A stretch of 64,000 bases of DNA from Candidatus Latescibacterota bacterium (lineage in GTDB: Bacteria; Latescibacterota; UBA2968; UBA8231), in NCBI GenBank assembly GCA_965248265.1, contig CBDFJF010000002.1, forward strand, positions 1,824,001 to 1,888,000, given 5' to 3'. Position numbers and translations under genes: made by a program. Numbering within the stretch: the first letter of the stretch is position 1; every line of letters starts with the position of its first letter. The notes under the pieces are model-generated. The model was not told the origin of the DNA. It ran no database searches and saw only the letters and a list, made by a program, of their open reading frames with translations. Positions 60,437 through 64,000 of the stretch are shown piece after piece.

Positions 60437-61447
60437 ATGTCTGAACCTGCTGAAATCCGGGTGACGAACGTCCGCCGCGTCTTTCACAACGGCGAGCACA
60501 ATGCGTTCACGAGCCTGATACGTTTCCGTGACCGGTACTACCTGTCGTTTCGCAGCTGCCCCGATGGGCATTATGCCTATCCGACGTCGTCGCTCATCAT
60601 TCTGGCCAGCGACGACGCCGAAACATGGGAACAGGTGCACAGCTTCAGCGTTCCGAAACGGGACGTGCGGGACGGGCACTTCCTGGTTTTCGAGGACAAG
60701 CTTTTCGTCTACACCGGCACGTGGTACTGCGGCGATTCCTCGCCCGACGCGGACCGGGGGCGCGGACACGCCTGCGAGATGAACCAGCAGCTCGGATATG
60801 GAGTTGTGACGGAGGACGGGCAGACGTGGAGCGACCCGATCATGCTGGAGGGGACCTACGGCCATTTCATCTGGCATGCCACCCAGCACGACGGCGGCGC
60901 CTATATGTGCGGACGGCGCAAGCGTGAATTCGTCGCCTTGGAGGCGGACGATCGGTCGCTGCATGAATCGGCCATGCTGGAGAGCGACGACGGGCTCGTC
61001 TGGCGGACGCGGGCCCTGTTTCAGACGACCCACGGCAACGAGACGTCGTTTCTGTTCGAGCCGGACAGCAGCGTGTTGGCGGTCTGCCGGTCCAGAATGT
61101 CCAGCTCACAGCTGTGCCGCTCGCAACCGCCGTACAGGGATTGGACCCGAACGGACATCAACCGCTTCATCGGTGGTCCGATGCTGGTGAAGTGGGGCGA
61201 GCGTTACCTGGTCGGCGGGCGCAAGGGCGATTACGATGAGGCACCGGAGACGGTGCTGTCCTGGCTCATTGACGAGCAACTGCACGATGTTGCGGTGTTA
61301 CCGAGCGCCGGCGACAACTCCTATCCCGGCTTCGTCGAGCTCAGCCCGACGCGCGGCGTGATCTCATGGTATTCGAGCCACGAGCAGGACGCCGCTGGCA
61401 AAGCCATGACCGCGATCTACCTGGCGGAACTGGAGATCTCCGAGTGA
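60437..61447 (+). CDS. Sialidase-like beta-propeller protein
   Basis: Start moved to MSEPAEIRV (GGAG RBS). Paralog of 27776..28831. Confidence 0.82.
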   Translation: MSEPAEIRVTNVRRVFHNGEHNAFTSLIRFRDRYYLSFRSCPDGHYAYPTSSLIILASDDAETWEQVHSFSVPKRDVRDGHFLVFEDKLFVYTGTWYCGDSSPDADRGRGHACEMNQQLGYGVVTEDGQTWSDPIMLEGTYGHFIWHATQHDGGAYMCGRRKREFVALEADDRSLHESAMLESDDGLVWRTRALFQTTHGNETSFLFEPDSSVLAVCRSRMSSSQLCRSQPPYRDWTRTDINRFIGGPMLVKWGERYLVGGRKGDYDEAPETVLSWLIDEQLHDVAVLPSAGDNSYPGFVELSPTRGVISWYSSHEQDAAGKAMTAIYLAELEISE

Positions 61448-61526
61448 GGTCGCACTCTAACGGAGACTCAGGCCAGTCGGCAGCCATCGCGGTGACGCGT
61501 CCACACACCAGTCGCGGTCGACGGAA

Positions 61527-62336
61527 TCAGCCGTTGAGGACCTTCATCGTCCTCTCGACAGGCTCGCGGAACGCTTGAGGCAACGACGCGAGGTACTGGG
61601 GATCGGCGTACTCCGGCTCCTGAGCCCAGGCGTTGATCACCGCATCCTTCGCGGAGTCGACATTGCCGTACACGATAAAGAGGGATCGACGTTTCACGCC
61701 CCTCGGTGTGAGTCCACGGTGGATGCCGCGCGAGTCGAAGGGCACGGCGCTGCCGGCACGGACCTGCAACTGAATTGCCCCGGTGAACATCTTGTCACCG
61801 GCCGTAGGTCCTTCCCCGAAACGAGCTTCCTCCTCCTCGGTGTTGGCGCGGTTGTGGGAGCCGGGAACGAACCAGAAGCTCGCATCGTCCTCGAGGGCCA
61901 GCAGAATTTGCGTCGCCGGGAGGGTCTTCATCTCCCTTATCTGCCGCTCAAAGGCCGAATCCTTGCCCCAGGCGAAATAGGAATCCCGATGCCAGGGACC
62001 GCGGTAGTCGTACTCCGGGTTTATGGCAAAAGCCGCAATGCCGTGCATGGTCGCATCATCGCCGAACAACGCCTGGACAACATCCATGATGGCCGGCGCC
62101 GCCAGGGCTTCCATGACCGGATAGCGCGCGATCTCGGGGTGGTGTGGATCCTGGAATCGGTGTTTGCTGAGGAAGCCGGTCTCTTCATCGCGTTCGGCCC
62201 GTCCCACGTTCATCGCAGCTTCGATGATCTCTTCGTAACTGTCCTGCACCGCTGCCAGACTGTCAGGCGCTACGGCATCCTCCAGAACGACGTAGCCGTC
62301 GCGGTTGTATTGATCGATTGCCTGTTGTGTGTTCAC
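61527..62336 (-). CDS. PhyH-family dioxygenase
   Basis: GPWHRD, FVPGSHNR and GIHRG...RRS. Confidence 0.88.
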   Translation of the reverse strand: MNTQQAIDQYNRDGYVVLEDAVAPDSLAAVQDSYEEIIEAAMNVGRAERDEETGFLSKHRFQDPHHPEIARYPVMEALAAPAIMDVVQALFGDDATMHGIAAFAINPEYDYRGPWHRDSYFAWGKDSAFERQIREMKTLPATQILLALEDDASFWFVPGSHNRANTEEEEARFGEGPTAGDKMFTGAIQLQVRAGSAVPFDSRGIHRGLTPRGVKRRSLFIVYGNVDSAKDAVINAWAQEPEYADPQYLASLPQAFREPVERTMKVLNG

Positions 62337-62492
62337 TCTTCGAGCTCCGGCCGGATAGATGATCTCCAGTTCGAGTCACGTTCTCTGGATAGCCTACGGT
62401 ACGCCCCTCCCGATGGGCAAGACCGCAGCAGGCGACCGAATCGTCGATGATGGTCATTGACCCGGCCTGCCGAACGCCTACGATACACATCG

Positions 62493-62524
62493 AACGGCAC
62501 GCCGTGCGGTGGCGGCGGCCCTAC
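62493..62524 (-). repeat. REP-like palindrome, copy 2
   Basis: Minus strand reads GTAGGGCCGCCGCCACCGCACGGCGTGCCGTT. Confidence 0.65.
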
Positions 62525-62550
62525 GAGAACCCCGGGAGAAGGAGAGGACC

Positions 62551-64000
62551 ATGGCAGACGCAACTCAGGTATGGCCTGTAGGGATACGCAAACAGCTGCT
62601 GTTTGACCGTCGCTTCGTCGACTCGTCCGCGGGCCTGCAGTTCACGGTCAATCCCCCCCTTCGCACACCCATCAATCTGCCATCGCTGCGCGGTCTGCAC
62701 GCCCGTCACTTCCTGACCGTGCTCGACGTCGACGATCGTTTCTGGATGTACTACCACCTGAGGCCTGACGAGACGCAAGAACGTGATTGCGTGAATGGCA
62801 TGTTCTGCCTGGCCTACTCGGACGACGGCATCGACTGGGAACTGGCGCCTGTGGACCAGTTCGAGGTGGAGGGATTGTCTCGGAATAACGTGGTTATGCC
62901 CGGGGTGTTGGGAACGCCGTTCCTCGACCCCCAGGAGACCAGCGGTTGCAGATTCTGGTTTGCGGGAACAATGGGCGAGCGCACCGAGCCGCCGTTCTGG
63001 GACGAGGCCCGGGATACCTACTTCGGCGGTTACGACGCCCCCGACGGGCGCAGAGTCCACGCCGGGCTGTACCTGCTCCAATCCGAGGATGGCATTTCCT
63101 GGCGCCGGCAGCGCAGCGGAGTCATCGTGCCCTTTCGCTGCGACTCGCAGAACCAGGTCCTCTACGATGCCGGCGCCGGCGCCTACGTCGCCTATGTGCG
63201 CGGCGCGTCCCCCGTGCCAGGAAGAAGGCGGACAGTTGCTCGTTTGACCTCCCCCGCGCTTACGGAGTTACCGTTTGATTTCGTTGAGGACACCACGTTA
63301 CCCCGGAGCCCGGTCGGGCTGTACGACCGGCTGCCGCCGCAATGCGCCCCGTTCGTCATGGAGGGTGACGACCGTGATCCGCCGGCCACGGACGTCTACA
63401 CGCCCTGCGTCAACCCGTACGCGTGGGCGGACGACGCTGTTTTTGCGTTCCCTACCGTGTTCCGCCATTACGAGGGGCAGGACAGCCATGGGCGGGACCA
63501 ACGGGGGGAAAGCGCTAGCGACGGCCCGCTGGACGTGCAGCTTGCCGTGAGTCGCGATGGCGTCACATTCGAGCGGTTCCGTACGCCCTACGTTGGCCTT
63601 GGTCTGATGGAAGAGCCGCAGCTCGGGGGATCCGTGTACATGGGCGTAGGGCTGGTAAGGCGGGGGAACTTCATCTACCAGTACTACGCCGAGGGAGCGC
63701 GCACCCATGTCCGTGAGGTCGACGTGAGCCTCTGGCAGGCCAAACAGCGCCTGGACGGTTTCGTCTCGGTGGATGCGGGGCCGGATGGCGGGTGGTTTGC
63801 AACGCCGCCGATCGAGTTCGCCGGAAATCGTCTGCTGCTGAACATCGACTGCGGCGCCATGGGCGAAGCGTGGGTCGAGCTCCAGGACGAAACCGGCAAG
63901 CCGCTACCGGGGTACACGTTCGAGGACGCCGTGTCGATCGACCGCAACGGTGTCGCGCAGGAGGTCTGGTGGCGGAGCGGCCCCGATGTCGGCTCGCTGA
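62551..64000 (+). CDS. Beta-propeller GH-like protein; 3' end off the window
   Basis: Manual translation is open to the edge: MADATQ...KQLLFD, LAYSDDGIDW, CDSQN, DVQLAVSRDG and RLDGFVSVDA. GGAGAGG RBS. Confidence 0.87.
   Translation, partial: MADATQVWPVGIRKQLLFDRRFVDSSAGLQFTVNPPLRTPINLPSLRGLHARHFLTVLDVDDRFWMYYHLRPDETQERDCVNGMFCLAYSDDGIDWELAPVDQFEVEGLSRNNVVMPGVLGTPFLDPQETSGCRFWFAGTMGERTEPPFWDEARDTYFGGYDAPDGRRVHAGLYLLQSEDGISWRRQRSGVIVPFRCDSQNQVLYDAGAGAYVAYVRGASPVPGRRRTVARLTSPALTELPFDFVEDTTLPRSPVGLYDRLPPQCAPFVMEGDDRDPPATDVYTPCVNPYAWADDAVFAFPTVFRHYEGQDSHGRDQRGESASDGPLDVQLAVSRDGVTFERFRTPYVGLGLMEEPQLGGSVYMGVGLVRRGNFIYQYYAEGARTHVREVDVSLWQAKQRLDGFVSVDAGPDGGWFATPPIEFAGNRLLLNIDCGAMGEAWVELQDETGKPLPGYTFEDAVSIDRNGVAQEVWWRSGPDVGSL

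Overview
This GC-rich bacterial accessory region has no rRNA, tRNA or CRISPR array that I can see. The gene repertoire suggests Ca. Latescibacterota or a Poribacteria-like lineage (inference only). It is dominated by expanded catabolic paralog families: ~650-aa polytopic membrane proteins (DUF6785/DUF6784-like; 2 intact, 1 IS-split, 2 remnants), GH32/43/130-like beta-propeller proteins, Asp-box/sialidase-like proteins, PhyH dioxygenases, three DUF4091/GH123-like secreted proteins, two FlgD-Ig-tailed secreted proteins, a PL26-like giant protein and a sulfatase. Mobile elements are one complete IS91/ISCR-type HUH transposon, one IS3, one IS481 and an IS110 remnant. The most striking unexplained structure is a family of seven oriIS-like motifs (ATAA-N6/7-TTAT-N4-[C/A]CTA[T/A]NC). 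They sit at junctions between truncated DNA and, in four cases, an intact downstream gene. The window also holds about 20 gene fragments and a 739-bp promoter-gene-terminator cassette duplicated in inverted orientation 29 kb apart. My working model (inference) is rolling-circle (IS91/ISCR, Helitron-like) shuffling of modules of a SusC/D-independent glycan-foraging system. All family names come from motif recognition and memory, not database searches.
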